NCBI GenBank assembly: GCA_945836255.1
Contig: CAMAKU010000001.1
Span: 15,836 to 79,835, forward strand
From: an uncultured Roseburia sp.
Lineage (GTDB): Bacteria > Bacillota > Clostridia > Lachnospirales > Lachnospiraceae
Length of the DNA stretch: 64,000 nucleotides
Direction of reading: 5' to 3'
A program made the translations under genes and the position numbers. The notes under the pieces are model-generated. The model was not told where the DNA came from. It did no database searches and was given only the letters and a program-made list of their open reading frames with translations. Of the stretch, positions 51,148 through 60,567 are shown one piece after another. Within the stretch, counting starts at the first letter, position 1. Every line of letters starts with the position of its first letter.

Positions 51148-51771
51148 CTAATTCATTGTGGAAATGACGATATGGTCCGGTGCAATCCCCGCTTTCCGGT
51201 TCACCACATCTTCCACCTGTGCCCGCTGTGCGTCGGTGAGTTCCGTGGCATTCAGAATCACATCTGCTCCATCGCCGGAAATGGACACGATGGCCTCCTC
51301 AAATCCTTTGGACTGCAACATCAATTCACACGCCGCCTCCCGCTCAGCGATATCTGTCATCTGCGCCAATTCATCCACTGCCGCCTGCTTTTCCGTTTCC
51401 GTCAATGCGGTATTGTTCACAATCTCCAACAGGGTTGACTTGTTGGCTGCACGGGTCTGTTCCCGGTTCATCTTCAGGGTCGCCGCTTTCGAAACAGAGA
51501 CATTTTTGCTGTCGGTCAGAACCGTCTCCCCTGCACTTTCATCCCCCATATCCTCCGATGCCTCTGTATCCGTCAGAATCTCCTCCTCCGTCAATTTCGC
51601 CACGGCCCCCGTCTCTTTTGCCTCTGCATCCTCAGCATCATTTTCCTTTTCCGCCATGGCTGCTATCTCATCTTCATCTGCTTCGTATGTATAATTCAAA
51701 TATCCTGCTGCCGCAATCATCAAAGCCAGTGCTGTCACCACAAGTTGATTTTTTCGGAAAATTCGTTTCAT
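51148..51771 (-). CDS. spoIIIAH: Stage III sporulation protein AH
   Basis: KNQLVVTALALMIAAAGYLNY, REQTRA, KGFEEAIV; last gene of the operon. Confidence 0.9.
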   Translation of the reverse strand: MKRIFRKNQLVVTALALMIAAAGYLNYTYEADEDEIAAMAEKENDAEDAEAKETGAVAKLTEEEILTDTEASEDMGDESAGETVLTDSKNVSVSKAATLKMNREQTRAANKSTLLEIVNNTALTETEKQAAVDELAQMTDIAEREAACELMLQSKGFEEAIVSISGDGADVILNATELTDAQRAQVEDVVNRKAGIAPDHIVISTMN

Positions 51772-52340
51772 GTTCCCTCCTGTGATCCCATTTCTACTAT
51801 TGATATCTTATGTGCTTCCACGGAAAATAATGCCTGTACCGCCTGATAGATCCGCACCCGGACCTCATCATTTTGTGCTCCCTCTGCCACGACACAGATT
51901 CCGCGGATTTCCGGTGTCATTGTTTTCGTCTCATAAGGGGTTTCTCCCGAAAAAACGGTGGTGCGCTCGGTGGAGTTCTCCTGTGTGCTTTCCCCGGATT
52001 CTCTGTTGGAGGACTTCGTCTGTTGATTCACATCCTGCGCCACGACACTTTCTCCGGAATCCTGCAAAGTAATCATCACCTCCACCCTGCCCACCCCTTC
52101 GATTTCCTCCAGCAACGCCGTGAGCCGCTTTTCCAGTTTCCGCTCATAATCATCTGTGCTGTTTTCTGCAGACGCCTGTTGCTCCTCCTGTATCTCCTGC
52201 GTATCTTCTTTTTCCACCGGGAGAGAAATCACGATAAACAGCACCCCCATGAGAATGCAGACCAGCCATTTTTGCTTATCCATTTTTGAAAGGAACTGCA
52301 TCCCCATTTCTTTGAAAGACATTTTTGGTTTTTGCTCCAT
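51768..52340 (-). CDS. spoIIIAG: Stage III sporulation protein AG
   Basis: LEKRL..LL..IEGVGRVEVMITL, PEIRGICVVAEGA, HKISI. Confidence 0.9.
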   Translation of the reverse strand: MEQKPKMSFKEMGMQFLSKMDKQKWLVCILMGVLFIVISLPVEKEDTQEIQEEQQASAENSTDDYERKLEKRLTALLEEIEGVGRVEVMITLQDSGESVVAQDVNQQTKSSNRESGESTQENSTERTTVFSGETPYETKTMTPEIRGICVVAEGAQNDEVRVRIYQAVQALFSVEAHKISIVEMGSQEGT

Positions 52341-52343
52341 GCG

Positions 52344-52637
52344 TTACTCCTCCTGACCTTCTGTGATAGCATCCAGATATTCCTGGTTGAGAAACTCCAT
52401 CGATTCTGCCTCCTGGTGCCGCTGTTCCATCTGTTCGTAAAAGGATTGATAGGTCTCATCCCAGCGCACCTGAAACTCCTTGTCCCGGATTCCCAACAAG
52501 GGAAGCAGGCAAAAAAGTACCAGCACCAGTTCCAGAAAAAAGCGGATATAGCCCCGATATTCCTGGGACGGCAACAGATATAACACCAAGGTAAAGACCA
52601 GAAATAAAACAATATAATCTTTCACCCATGTAATCAT
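52344..52637 (-). CDS. spoIIIAF: Stage III sporulation protein AF (short)
   Basis: WVK...LLPSQEYRGYIRFF...LLPL; operon position. Confidence 0.8.
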   Translation of the reverse strand: MITWVKDYIVLFLVFTLVLYLLPSQEYRGYIRFFLELVLVLFCLLPLLGIRDKEFQVRWDETYQSFYEQMEQRHQEAESMEFLNQEYLDAITEGQEE

Positions 52638-52649
52638 GACGCATCACCT

Positions 52650-53711
52650 CTAACCATTCCCAATCAGTGTTGTCATCGCTACCGTGATAAAAATCAGGAT
52701 CACGCAGGTAGTCAACACTTTAAAGAGCATGCCACCACCCTTGGCCGCCACCAGAACGGCATTGCTGATTCGCTTGTCTGCCACCGGCTCCACAAACGCA
52801 GCCAAAATACGATAGAGAATTGTCATGATTCCCACTTTGGACAAAGGCACCGCCACCAGCAGAATCAATGTCACCAGTGCGGCTGCTCCGATGCCGTTAT
52901 GGATGACATTGCCGGCCGCCAGAAACAGATCAGACGCCGCTGACAGGGTGGAGCCGATTCCCGGTACGAATGCCAACGATTTCCGTAAGGTCTGCCGGGC
53001 AAAGGTATCCGTCACCGGCGCAATGGCGTTTTTGATGATGTTCAAGCCCAACACCACCGATGTCAGAACCTTGAGCGCCCAGGATACCAGGTTTTCCAGC
53101 AGATCGGTCAGTTTGCCAAACCGCCCTTCCTCCACCACATAATTCAGCAGTCCCATCACAACATACATACGAATCAGCGGAATCATACCGTGGCTTAACA
53201 GCCACTGCACAATATACACCACCAGAAATCCCAGTTCATAAAATCCCATCGCCGTAGCATCTCCCGACGATACCACCACGGTGCTGGCAAACACAGGAAT
53301 AAATGCTGTCATAAAATCGATGACAACCGTGATGGTCTCCTCCACCACCACGTTCAGCAGAAGAACGGATTTCATCAAGAGTACCATCAGAAGCGAATAG
53401 ACCAACAGGAAGCACACATTGGACACATAGGACCGTTCAAAGACCTGAGCAAAATTCTTCAGTAGGGAAAATGCCACTGCCAGTAACAGTATGTAGATCA
53501 GATACGTTTTGTTGGCCTCCCACTCACCCCATAGGAACTGCCAAATACACTGCCCGATTCCTTCCGTCAGACTGTACTCCCCCCGAATCAGCATCCATAC
53601 CAGATCACCAAAACTGTATTCATTCACCAGATTTCCCGCCTGTAACACCTCATCAATGCCCTTGAAATCCAAGGTGTCAAAAAGTTGTTCCACCTCATTG
53701 TGTTCTGTCAT
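52650..53711 (-). CDS. spoIIIAE: Stage III sporulation protein AE
   Basis: Polytopic membrane protein; FVPGIG, NGIG, EPVADKRI. Confidence 0.88.
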   Translation of the reverse strand: MTEHNEVEQLFDTLDFKGIDEVLQAGNLVNEYSFGDLVWMLIRGEYSLTEGIGQCIWQFLWGEWEANKTYLIYILLLAVAFSLLKNFAQVFERSYVSNVCFLLVYSLLMVLLMKSVLLLNVVVEETITVVIDFMTAFIPVFASTVVVSSGDATAMGFYELGFLVVYIVQWLLSHGMIPLIRMYVVMGLLNYVVEEGRFGKLTDLLENLVSWALKVLTSVVLGLNIIKNAIAPVTDTFARQTLRKSLAFVPGIGSTLSAASDLFLAAGNVIHNGIGAAALVTLILLVAVPLSKVGIMTILYRILAAFVEPVADKRISNAVLVAAKGGGMLFKVLTTCVILIFITVAMTTLIGNG

Positions 53712-54091
53712 AGAAATTCTCCTACCGTGGACAGAAAGGTCAGAACCACGGGCATACTCAACACCAGAATCGACAATTTGGCAAACACCTGAATCTGCCC
53801 TGCAATACTGCTATAACCGGCATCCTTACAGATTGCGGCGGCAAATTCTGCCATATAAGTGATTCCGATCATTTTTAAAATGGATGCAATATAAATGCGG
53901 TCAATCTTAATATAATCCGACAGACTCCCCACATAATCCAGCACCTCTTTCATTTTCCAGATCACACAAAAGAAGATAAAAACACAGCATGCCAAATTGA
54001 TCATCATAGAAAATTCCGGCTTCTGCTGACGAAACAGCATGGCCAGCAAGACAGCGCCAATACCCACGGCTGCGGTTTTTACGATATCCAT
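53708..54091 (-). CDS. spoIIIAD: Stage III sporulation protein AD
   Basis: KMIGITYMAEFAAAICKDAG. Confidence 0.93.
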   Translation of the reverse strand: MDIVKTAAVGIGAVLLAMLFRQQKPEFSMMINLACCVFIFFCVIWKMKEVLDYVGSLSDYIKIDRIYIASILKMIGITYMAEFAAAICKDAGYSSIAGQIQVFAKLSILVLSMPVVLTFLSTVGEFL

Positions 54092-54124
54092 AGTGTCCCA
54101 CCTTTCTGCTCCCACATCACTGTC

Positions 54125-54319
54125 TTAGAGTTCAAATAATTGTTCCATCATCTCGAACAAATCCAGAATATAAGGCACAATCCAAAACAACACCACCAAC
54201 AGTCCCCCCAGCGAGATAAAAAAAGCCTGTTCATCCCTGCCACTATGTTTTAATACCTGATTTAATATGGTTACGATGATGCCAACGGCAGCTATTTTAA
54301 ACAAAAGATTGATAGGCAT
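54125..54319 (-). CDS. spoIIIAC: Stage III sporulation protein AC
   Basis: LFKIAAVGIIVTILNQVLKHSGRDEQA. Confidence 0.93.
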   Translation of the reverse strand: MPINLLFKIAAVGIIVTILNQVLKHSGRDEQAFFISLGGLLVVLFWIVPYILDLFEMMEQLFEL

Positions 54320-54324
54320 ATCAC

Positions 54325-54840
54325 TTATAGCAAAAGCAGTAACAGCATTGCCAGCGCCATTCCGGTGGTGCATGCCGTCACCTTCTGTCTCTCCTTTTTC
54401 GTAGTATATTCTCTTTGCAGTGCCTCTGAGAACTGTTCATAATATGCGACAAACCCCTGATCTTCCCCCGGGCTGTCCACAGAAAATAAGGAGCAAAGCG
54501 CCCATACCCACAGACGTCTTTCCTCCTCTTTCGTGTTCTTTTGAATATCCTCCGTCATCTGCTCCCAGAACAAGCGGTAGACATCCCTCTGTTCATGTTG
54601 TTGCAGTTGGCGATACACCTGCGCAAAATACTGTGCCAGACGGTCATCCGGTTCCATACATTCATTGCGTAGTGCTGCAAGAATCGGCAGATTTCTCCGG
54701 GTGATTGCCTGATGCAGTCGTAGCAGCGACTGGTTCATCTCCTGCAAAAAATCACTTCGTTGTCGCAACTGATACCATTGTTGTAACAGCAGTCCGACGG
54801 TGCCGGATAGAAAAATTACAATTCCTAAGGTTCTGCACAT
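54325..54840 (-). CDS. spoIIIAB: Stage III sporulation protein AB (divergent)
   Basis: Hydrophobic N- and C-termini, 171 aa, located between AA and AC. Confidence 0.75.
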   Translation of the reverse strand: MCRTLGIVIFLSGTVGLLLQQWYQLRQRSDFLQEMNQSLLRLHQAITRRNLPILAALRNECMEPDDRLAQYFAQVYRQLQQHEQRDVYRLFWEQMTEDIQKNTKEEERRLWVWALCSLFSVDSPGEDQGFVAYYEQFSEALQREYTTKKERQKVTACTTGMALAMLLLLLL

Positions 54841-55778
54841 AGCAATTCTCCCTGCCCATCATAGAGTCGATAGCAACGCCTCCCCTGTGCGTCCCGGGCA
54901 ATCCATATGAGACGTTCAAAGGGACACGCGGTGAGAACGCTTTGATGGTCTTTCATACTGCCATACTCTTCCAGCGATCCCGCATGCATGGTAGCCACAA
55001 TGGACACGCCGCAGCGCATGGCATAGGACAATGTTTTCGCATCCTCCTGACCGCCAATCTCATCCACCGCCAGAATCTCCGGTGCCATAGATCGTATGGC
55101 ATGGATACACCCGGTGGTCTTATCGTAACCGGAATAAACATCCGTGTGCATACCCAGATCATTCTGCGGAATACCATGGTACGCTGCGGCTATCTCAAAA
55201 CGTTCATCCACCACCGCAATACCCCGGCATTTTTCCCGGTTCGACAATTGCCGAATCAGATCCCGTAGAAACGTGGTCTTACCAACACCGGGCGGTGCCA
55301 GGATAAGCGTGTGAAAAATCCCCTGATTGTTCCACAGATAGGGACAGACCCAGCGCGCGCAATCCTTTTTCTCATGGGGCACGCGAATATTAAAAAACAT
55401 GGGATATTCTACATTGCCGTCGCACCCAGCATCCGGCATATACTGTCCCGCCACGCCTACGCGAATCCCCCCTTCCATGGCAAGAAAGCCGCGCCGCAAT
55501 TGATTGGCATAGGCATAGCGGGAATACTCGCACAGATACAGCATGGTCTCCTGGAGATCTTCCTCCGTAAGCCGCTCGGCATCTGTCACCACAGGTGTCA
55601 ATCGTGCCATCCCACGTTCCAGATAACGACATCCCCCACCTCCTACAAACATCAGCGGTTGTCCAACACGCAGTCGGATTTCTTCCAGATCCTCGGTATC
55701 CCAGGGCAGCGACGCCAACCTGATGCGAAGCCGTTTGGAAAATATTTTTAATAACTCGTCCCTTTGTTTCATCGCCAT
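54825..55778 (-). CDS. spoIIIAA: Stage III sporulation protein AA ATPase
   Basis: EEIRLR, PPGVGKTTFLRD, VDERFEIA, RSMAP...DEIG, ATMH. Confidence 0.94.
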   Translation of the reverse strand: MAMKQRDELLKIFSKRLRIRLASLPWDTEDLEEIRLRVGQPLMFVGGGGCRYLERGMARLTPVVTDAERLTEEDLQETMLYLCEYSRYAYANQLRRGFLAMEGGIRVGVAGQYMPDAGCDGNVEYPMFFNIRVPHEKKDCARWVCPYLWNNQGIFHTLILAPPGVGKTTFLRDLIRQLSNREKCRGIAVVDERFEIAAAYHGIPQNDLGMHTDVYSGYDKTTGCIHAIRSMAPEILAVDEIGGQEDAKTLSYAMRCGVSIVATMHAGSLEEYGSMKDHQSVLTACPFERLIWIARDAQGRRCYRLYDGQGELLCAEP

Positions 55779-55818
55779 ATTCTAATATATTATCCTGTCC
55801 GAAGATTATACCAAAAAA

Positions 55819-55940
55819 AGAATGTGCCTCTGCACATTCTCGCGCCGAGCGCGGTCGCTTGCGACATATTCCTTTTCGCGCGAGTGCGCATCCTGCCGGA
55901 ATTTTTTCATATAGGAAACTTCGTTTCCTATATGAAAAAA
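55819..55940. repeat. Cluster of palindromes (REP/MITE-like) including a perfect 18-bp-arm inverted repeat
   Basis: AGAATGTGC/GCACATTCT, CTCGCGC/GCGCGAG, GTCGC-tt-GCGAC, TTTTTTCATATAGGAAAC-ttc-GTTTCCTATATGAAAAAA. Confidence 0.8.
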
Positions 55941-55967
55941 AGAGATGTGACTTTCATCACATCTCTT
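55940..55967 (-). terminator. Terminator after rpsU
   Basis: AAGAGATGTGA-tgaaag-TCACATCTCTT followed by a T tract. Confidence 0.85.
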
Positions 55968-55983
55968 ACCTTAAACGTAATTC

Positions 55984-56160
55984 TTAGTTGTACTTACGTT
56001 TTCTAGCAGCTTCAGACTTCTTCTTGCGCTTAACGCTTGGCTTTTCATAGTGCTCTCTCTTGCGGATCTCCTGCTGGATACCTGCCTTTGCACAGTTGCG
56101 CTTAAATCTGCGTAATGCGCTATCTAAAGATTCATTCTCTTTCACTGTTACACTTGACAT
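55984..56160 (-). CDS. rpsU: 30S ribosomal protein S21
   Basis: [14 protein letters not shown]...[15 protein letters not shown]. Confidence 0.98.
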   Translation of the reverse strand: MSSVTVKENESLDSALRRFKRNCAKAGIQQEIRKREHYEKPSVKRKKKSEAARKRKYN

Positions 56161-56314
56161 AGTCTTACACCTAACCTCCCTCCAGTTGGGTATTGTGCAC
56201 ATTCAACTGTTTGGGTAAATACATGTTTGCACTGTTAAATATTATAGCATAAAATTCCAACTCGTCAACAGTTTTCTGTAGATTATGTTGTTTTTATCTT
56301 GCATGGATAAGTTC

Positions 56315-58999
56315 TTATGCCAACTGCTGTGCCAATGCATCGGCTGCTGCCGCAATCGCGTCCGGAATACCGGCCGGATTCTTACCGCCTGCCTGTGCCA
56401 TATTCGGACGACCACCGCCGCCGCCGCCCACCAGACCGGCAATTGCCTTGATCAGATTGCCTGCATGTGCGCCTGCCTTCATGGCACCATCCGTTGCCAT
56501 GGCTACCAGATTCACCTTGCCATCCTTCGCAGATGCCAACACAACCACACCTTCGCCCAACTGATCCTTTAACTGATCTCCCAGATCACGAAGCCCGTTC
56601 ATGTCCACCTGATCTACGGAAGTGGCAAGCAGTTTCACACCGCCTACTTCCACAACAGCATCCATCACATCTCCCAAGGCATTTTGTGCAGCCTTGGCCT
56701 TGAGGGATTCATTCTCGCTCTGTAATTCCTTGACCTCCGCCATCAACTTCTCCAGGCGCTCGGTCAGATTCGCCGGTGTTGCCTTGACGATCTTAGCCGC
56801 CTGCTGTAACTCCTGTTCCTCCTTGGCATAGTAAGCCAGCACATTATCACCGGTCAGGGCTTCAATACGTCTCACGCCGGCAGCGACACCATTCTCGGAA
56901 ACAATCTTAAATGCCATGATATCTCCAGTATTGGCTACATGGGTACCGCCGCAGAATTCCTTAGAGAAATCCCCCATGGAAACCACACGCACCGTCTCGC
57001 CATACTTCTCACCAAACAATGCCATAGCCCCTGTCTTCTTAGCTTCGTCCACAGTCATAACCTGTGTAACCACATCCAGATGCTCTGCAATCTGGTCATT
57101 GACCATATCCTCTACCTGCTGTAATTCCTCCGGCGTCATGGCAGAGAAATGGGAGAAATCAAAACGGGTACGCTCGCTGTCCTGATAAGAGCCCGCCTGC
57201 TCCACATGGCTGCCAAGCACCTCACGCAGTGCTTTCTGTAACAAATGGGTAGCAGAATGGTTGCGACAGATGCGACTACGATTAGCGCCATCCACCTGCA
57301 ATGTCACCTTATCGCCAAGGGTAAAGATGCCCTGCTCCACATGTCCGATATGTCCGTATTTACCGCCCACCAGTTTCACGGTGTCATCCACCACAAAACG
57401 GCCACCGGCGGAACAAATCACACCTTTGTCTCCCTGCTGACCGCCCATGGTCGCATAGAACGGTGTCTGATCGACAACGATGGTTCCACTCTCCCCTTCT
57501 GCAATCTGATGGGATAATTCGGTAATTACCTCTCCATTTTCATCTTCTTTGGCTGTAGCAATTACGCTGATTGCAGAGTCAGCACGCAGTCGGTCATAAC
57601 CCACAAATTCTGTGGTAATCGCCGGATCCACCTGCTCAAAGACAGAAGCATCGGCCCCCATATAATTCGTCACCTTACGCGCTGCTCTAGCCTTCTGACG
57701 CTGTTCTTCCATACAAGCGGCGAAGCCCGCCTCATCGTAAGTAAATCCCTTTTCCTCCAGAATCTCCTGTGTCAGGTCCACCGGGAATCCATAGGTATCA
57801 TATAACTTAAAGGTATTCTCACCGGAGAGTTCCTTGGAACCGGAAGCCACCATCTCCTGCTCCATCTGCGCCAGAATCGCAAGCCCCTGGTCGATGGTCT
57901 TATTGAACTTCTCCTCTTCTTCGGTCAATACCTTAAAGATAAATTCTTTCTTTTCTTCTAATTCCGGATAGCCGTCCTTGCTCTCCTGAATCACAGTATT
58001 GGACAGATTAGCCAGAAACGTATCCTTGATGCCAAGCATTCTGCCATGACGGGCCGCACGACGAATCAGACGGCGAAGTACATAGCCTCTGCCTTCATTG
58101 GACGGCATGACACCGTCAGATACCAGAAATGTGGCAGAGCGGATATGATCCGTTATCAAACGAATGGAGATATCATCGATGGCATCCACCTGATAAGTCT
58201 TACCGCTGAGTTCACAGATACGATCACGAATTGCCTTCATCGTGTCAATATCAAAAACAGAATCTACATCCTGCATGACAACGGCCAGACGCTCCAGTCC
58301 CATACCGGTATCGATATTCTTATGCTCTAACTCTGTATAGCCGCCCTTGCCATCGCCATTGAACTGGGTAAACACATTGTTCCACACTTCCATAAAACGA
58401 TCGCAGTCACAGCCCACTTTACAGTCCGGCTTACCACAGCCATACTTCGGGCCACGGTCATAATAAATCTCGGAACAGGGGCCACATGGACCTGCGCCAT
58501 GCTCCCAGAAGTTATCGCACTCTCCGGTCTCCGGATCACGGTAAAAACGCGTAATACGATCTGCCGGGATACCAATCTTCTGATTCCAGATGGCAAATGC
58601 CTCGTCGTCCTCCCCGTAAATCGACGGATACAGACGATCCGGGTCTAATTCCAGTACTTCCGTCAAAAATTCCCAAGACCACGCAATGGCCTCCTCCTTA
58701 AAGTAATCTCCAAAGGAGAAGTTACCCAGCATCTCAAAAAATGTCAGATGACGTGCTGTCTTGCCCACATTCTCAATATCTCCGGTACGCACACATTTCT
58801 GACAGGTGGTCACACGCTTGCGGGGTGGAATCTCCTGCCCGGTAAAATAAGGTTTGAGCGGTGCCATACCCGCATTAATCAGCAACAAACTATTGTCATT
58901 GTGCGGTACCAGTGAAAAACTCTTCATGGCAAGATGACCCTTACTCTCAAAGAATTCCAGGTACCTTCTTCTTAAATCATTAACTCCAAACTTCTTCAA
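56315..58999 (-). CDS. alaS: Alanine--tRNA ligase
   Basis: HLTFFEMLGNFS, IDTGMGLER, HSATH, FCGGTH; TTG start after GGAGG. Confidence 0.98.
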   Translation of the reverse strand: MKKFGVNDLRRRYLEFFESKGHLAMKSFSLVPHNDNSLLLINAGMAPLKPYFTGQEIPPRKRVTTCQKCVRTGDIENVGKTARHLTFFEMLGNFSFGDYFKEEAIAWSWEFLTEVLELDPDRLYPSIYGEDDEAFAIWNQKIGIPADRITRFYRDPETGECDNFWEHGAGPCGPCSEIYYDRGPKYGCGKPDCKVGCDCDRFMEVWNNVFTQFNGDGKGGYTELEHKNIDTGMGLERLAVVMQDVDSVFDIDTMKAIRDRICELSGKTYQVDAIDDISIRLITDHIRSATFLVSDGVMPSNEGRGYVLRRLIRRAARHGRMLGIKDTFLANLSNTVIQESKDGYPELEEKKEFIFKVLTEEEEKFNKTIDQGLAILAQMEQEMVASGSKELSGENTFKLYDTYGFPVDLTQEILEEKGFTYDEAGFAACMEEQRQKARAARKVTNYMGADASVFEQVDPAITTEFVGYDRLRADSAISVIATAKEDENGEVITELSHQIAEGESGTIVVDQTPFYATMGGQQGDKGVICSAGGRFVVDDTVKLVGGKYGHIGHVEQGIFTLGDKVTLQVDGANRSRICRNHSATHLLQKALREVLGSHVEQAGSYQDSERTRFDFSHFSAMTPEELQQVEDMVNDQIAEHLDVVTQVMTVDEAKKTGAMALFGEKYGETVRVVSMGDFSKEFCGGTHVANTGDIMAFKIVSENGVAAGVRRIEALTGDNVLAYYAKEEQELQQAAKIVKATPANLTERLEKLMAEVKELQSENESLKAKAAQNALGDVMDAVVEVGGVKLLATSVDQVDMNGLRDLGDQLKDQLGEGVVVLASAKDGKVNLVAMATDGAMKAGAHAGNLIKAIAGLVGGGGGGRPNMAQAGGKNPAGIPDAIAAAADALAQQLA

Positions 59000-59017
59000 C
59001 GTATCTTCCTCCGAACT

Positions 59018-59182
59018 CTATTCTTGGGCAGAAGTCTCCTCTGCCGTCTTGTCCTCATCCTTCTGTGCATTCTTGGCGTTCTTTTTCTTAGCCAGTTGAA
59101 TTCCCAGCAACGCACCCAATACGGCAACGACTGCCAGAATAAGGAATAAAAGCAGATAAGACAAAAAACTACTAACGATCAT
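59018..59182 (-). CDS. Small single-TM protein (54 aa)
   Basis: AAGGAGG SD, then MIVSSFLSYLLLFLILAVVAVLGALLGIQLAKKKNAKNAQKDEDKTAEETSAQE. Confidence 0.75.
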   Translation of the reverse strand: MIVSSFLSYLLLFLILAVVAVLGALLGIQLAKKKNAKNAQKDEDKTAEETSAQE

Positions 59183-59306
59183 AATGATGCCTCCTTGCGA
59201 CATTGATTCTTCTTTTAACTGTATTATTATATAGGAAAGCACCTGCCATTTCAAGACAAGTTACCACGATTCCGGTATCGATAAAATGTCTTTGGCATCC
59301 CGCGGG

Positions 59307-59789
59307 CTATTCCAGAATCACATCTTCCACCAAAAGCGACGGCTCCTGATCTGCCGCGGCGGTGGCCAGTGCGTCACACCGTTCGTTCTCCGGGTGCCCG
59401 TCATGCCCCTTAACCCAGACAAATGTCACCTGATGGGGTTCCATGGCACGAAGCAGCGCCTTCCACAAATCCACGTTTTTCACCGGCTTCTTGTCCGACT
59501 TCACCCAGTTCTTTTGCTGCCAGTTGTCAATCCAATGCTGATTAAAGGCATCCACCAGATACTTAGAATCAGAATACAGCGTAACATCGCAGGGCTTAGT
59601 CAGTGCTTCCAGCCCCCGGATTGCCGCCAACAATTCCATACGGTTGTTGGTGGTCTTCTGATAACCACAGGATAGTTCCTTTTCGTGCAGTTGTCCTTTG
59701 GCATCCACCACCTGTAAAATCGCGCCGTAGCCTCCCGGTCCATCCGGATTGCCCCGGGCCGCGCCGTCTGTGAATATCGTTACTTGCAT
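59307..59789 (-). CDS. rnhA: Ribonuclease HI
   Basis: [32 protein letters not shown]. Confidence 0.96.
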   Translation of the reverse strand: MQVTIFTDGAARGNPDGPGGYGAILQVVDAKGQLHEKELSCGYQKTTNNRMELLAAIRGLEALTKPCDVTLYSDSKYLVDAFNQHWIDNWQQKNWVKSDKKPVKNVDLWKALLRAMEPHQVTFVWVKGHDGHPENERCDALATAAADQEPSLLVEDVILE

Positions 59790-59800
59790 TACATTCTCCT

Positions 59801-60553
59801 CTACTCAAGATCAAAGATAATATTTTCCCGGTCGATCATAACTACTTTCTGCTCCAGTCCGGTCAACTCCGGTCGCCGTTTCAGACGCATGATCAGATCA
59901 TACTGCTTCCACAGATGCATGGGAAATACCAGATCCACATCCATATGTTGCAGGAAGTATTCCATCCCCAGATAATATGCATCCTGCAACCGTGGGTCCA
60001 GTACCACAAAAGCGATATCAATATGGCGGTTCTGTATCCGGCGCAACTCCCGCTTATAGGCATTGCCATAGGTCTGCGTATACAGTTCTCCCACTTCTCC
60101 CGAATTCCACCAGTGCAGATCCCCGGCATGGTAGATGGTCTGGCCTTCTGCCTCCACCACAAAAGCAACCCCGGCATCCGTGGAACGCAGTGTCTCCACC
60201 GACAGATCATCAATCGTATATTTTTCCACCGGTGTCACAAAGTGAATCCGCTTGCGGATGGAGGGATCAATCCCATGACGCAACAGATAATTACGTCCCA
60301 GCCGGATATCCTTGGAAAAGACAAAGGTCACTTGGGGATACCGTTCACCCAGGCGCAACACCGCAAGGGAAAAATGATCCTTATGGCTATGGCTGGCAAA
60401 TACATAGATATGCTTGCTGCCGTCCAGTACCGGTAATCTGCCTTCAAAATGTACCGTATCCACAGCGTCCGCCGGAAAATAGTCAAAAATTAAGATTGTA
60501 CGATCCAGTTCCACCACAAAACAACTGTGATGAACATATGTCACCTGTAACAT
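59801..60553 (-). CDS. MBL-fold metallo-hydrolase
   Basis: SHSHKDH, YHAGDL, FPMH. Confidence 0.85.
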   Translation of the reverse strand: MLQVTYVHHSCFVVELDRTILIFDYFPADAVDTVHFEGRLPVLDGSKHIYVFASHSHKDHFSLAVLRLGERYPQVTFVFSKDIRLGRNYLLRHGIDPSIRKRIHFVTPVEKYTIDDLSVETLRSTDAGVAFVVEAEGQTIYHAGDLHWWNSGEVGELYTQTYGNAYKRELRRIQNRHIDIAFVVLDPRLQDAYYLGMEYFLQHMDVDLVFPMHLWKQYDLIMRLKRRPELTGLEQKVVMIDRENIIFDLE

Positions 60554-60567
60554 GCGCAATCACCATT

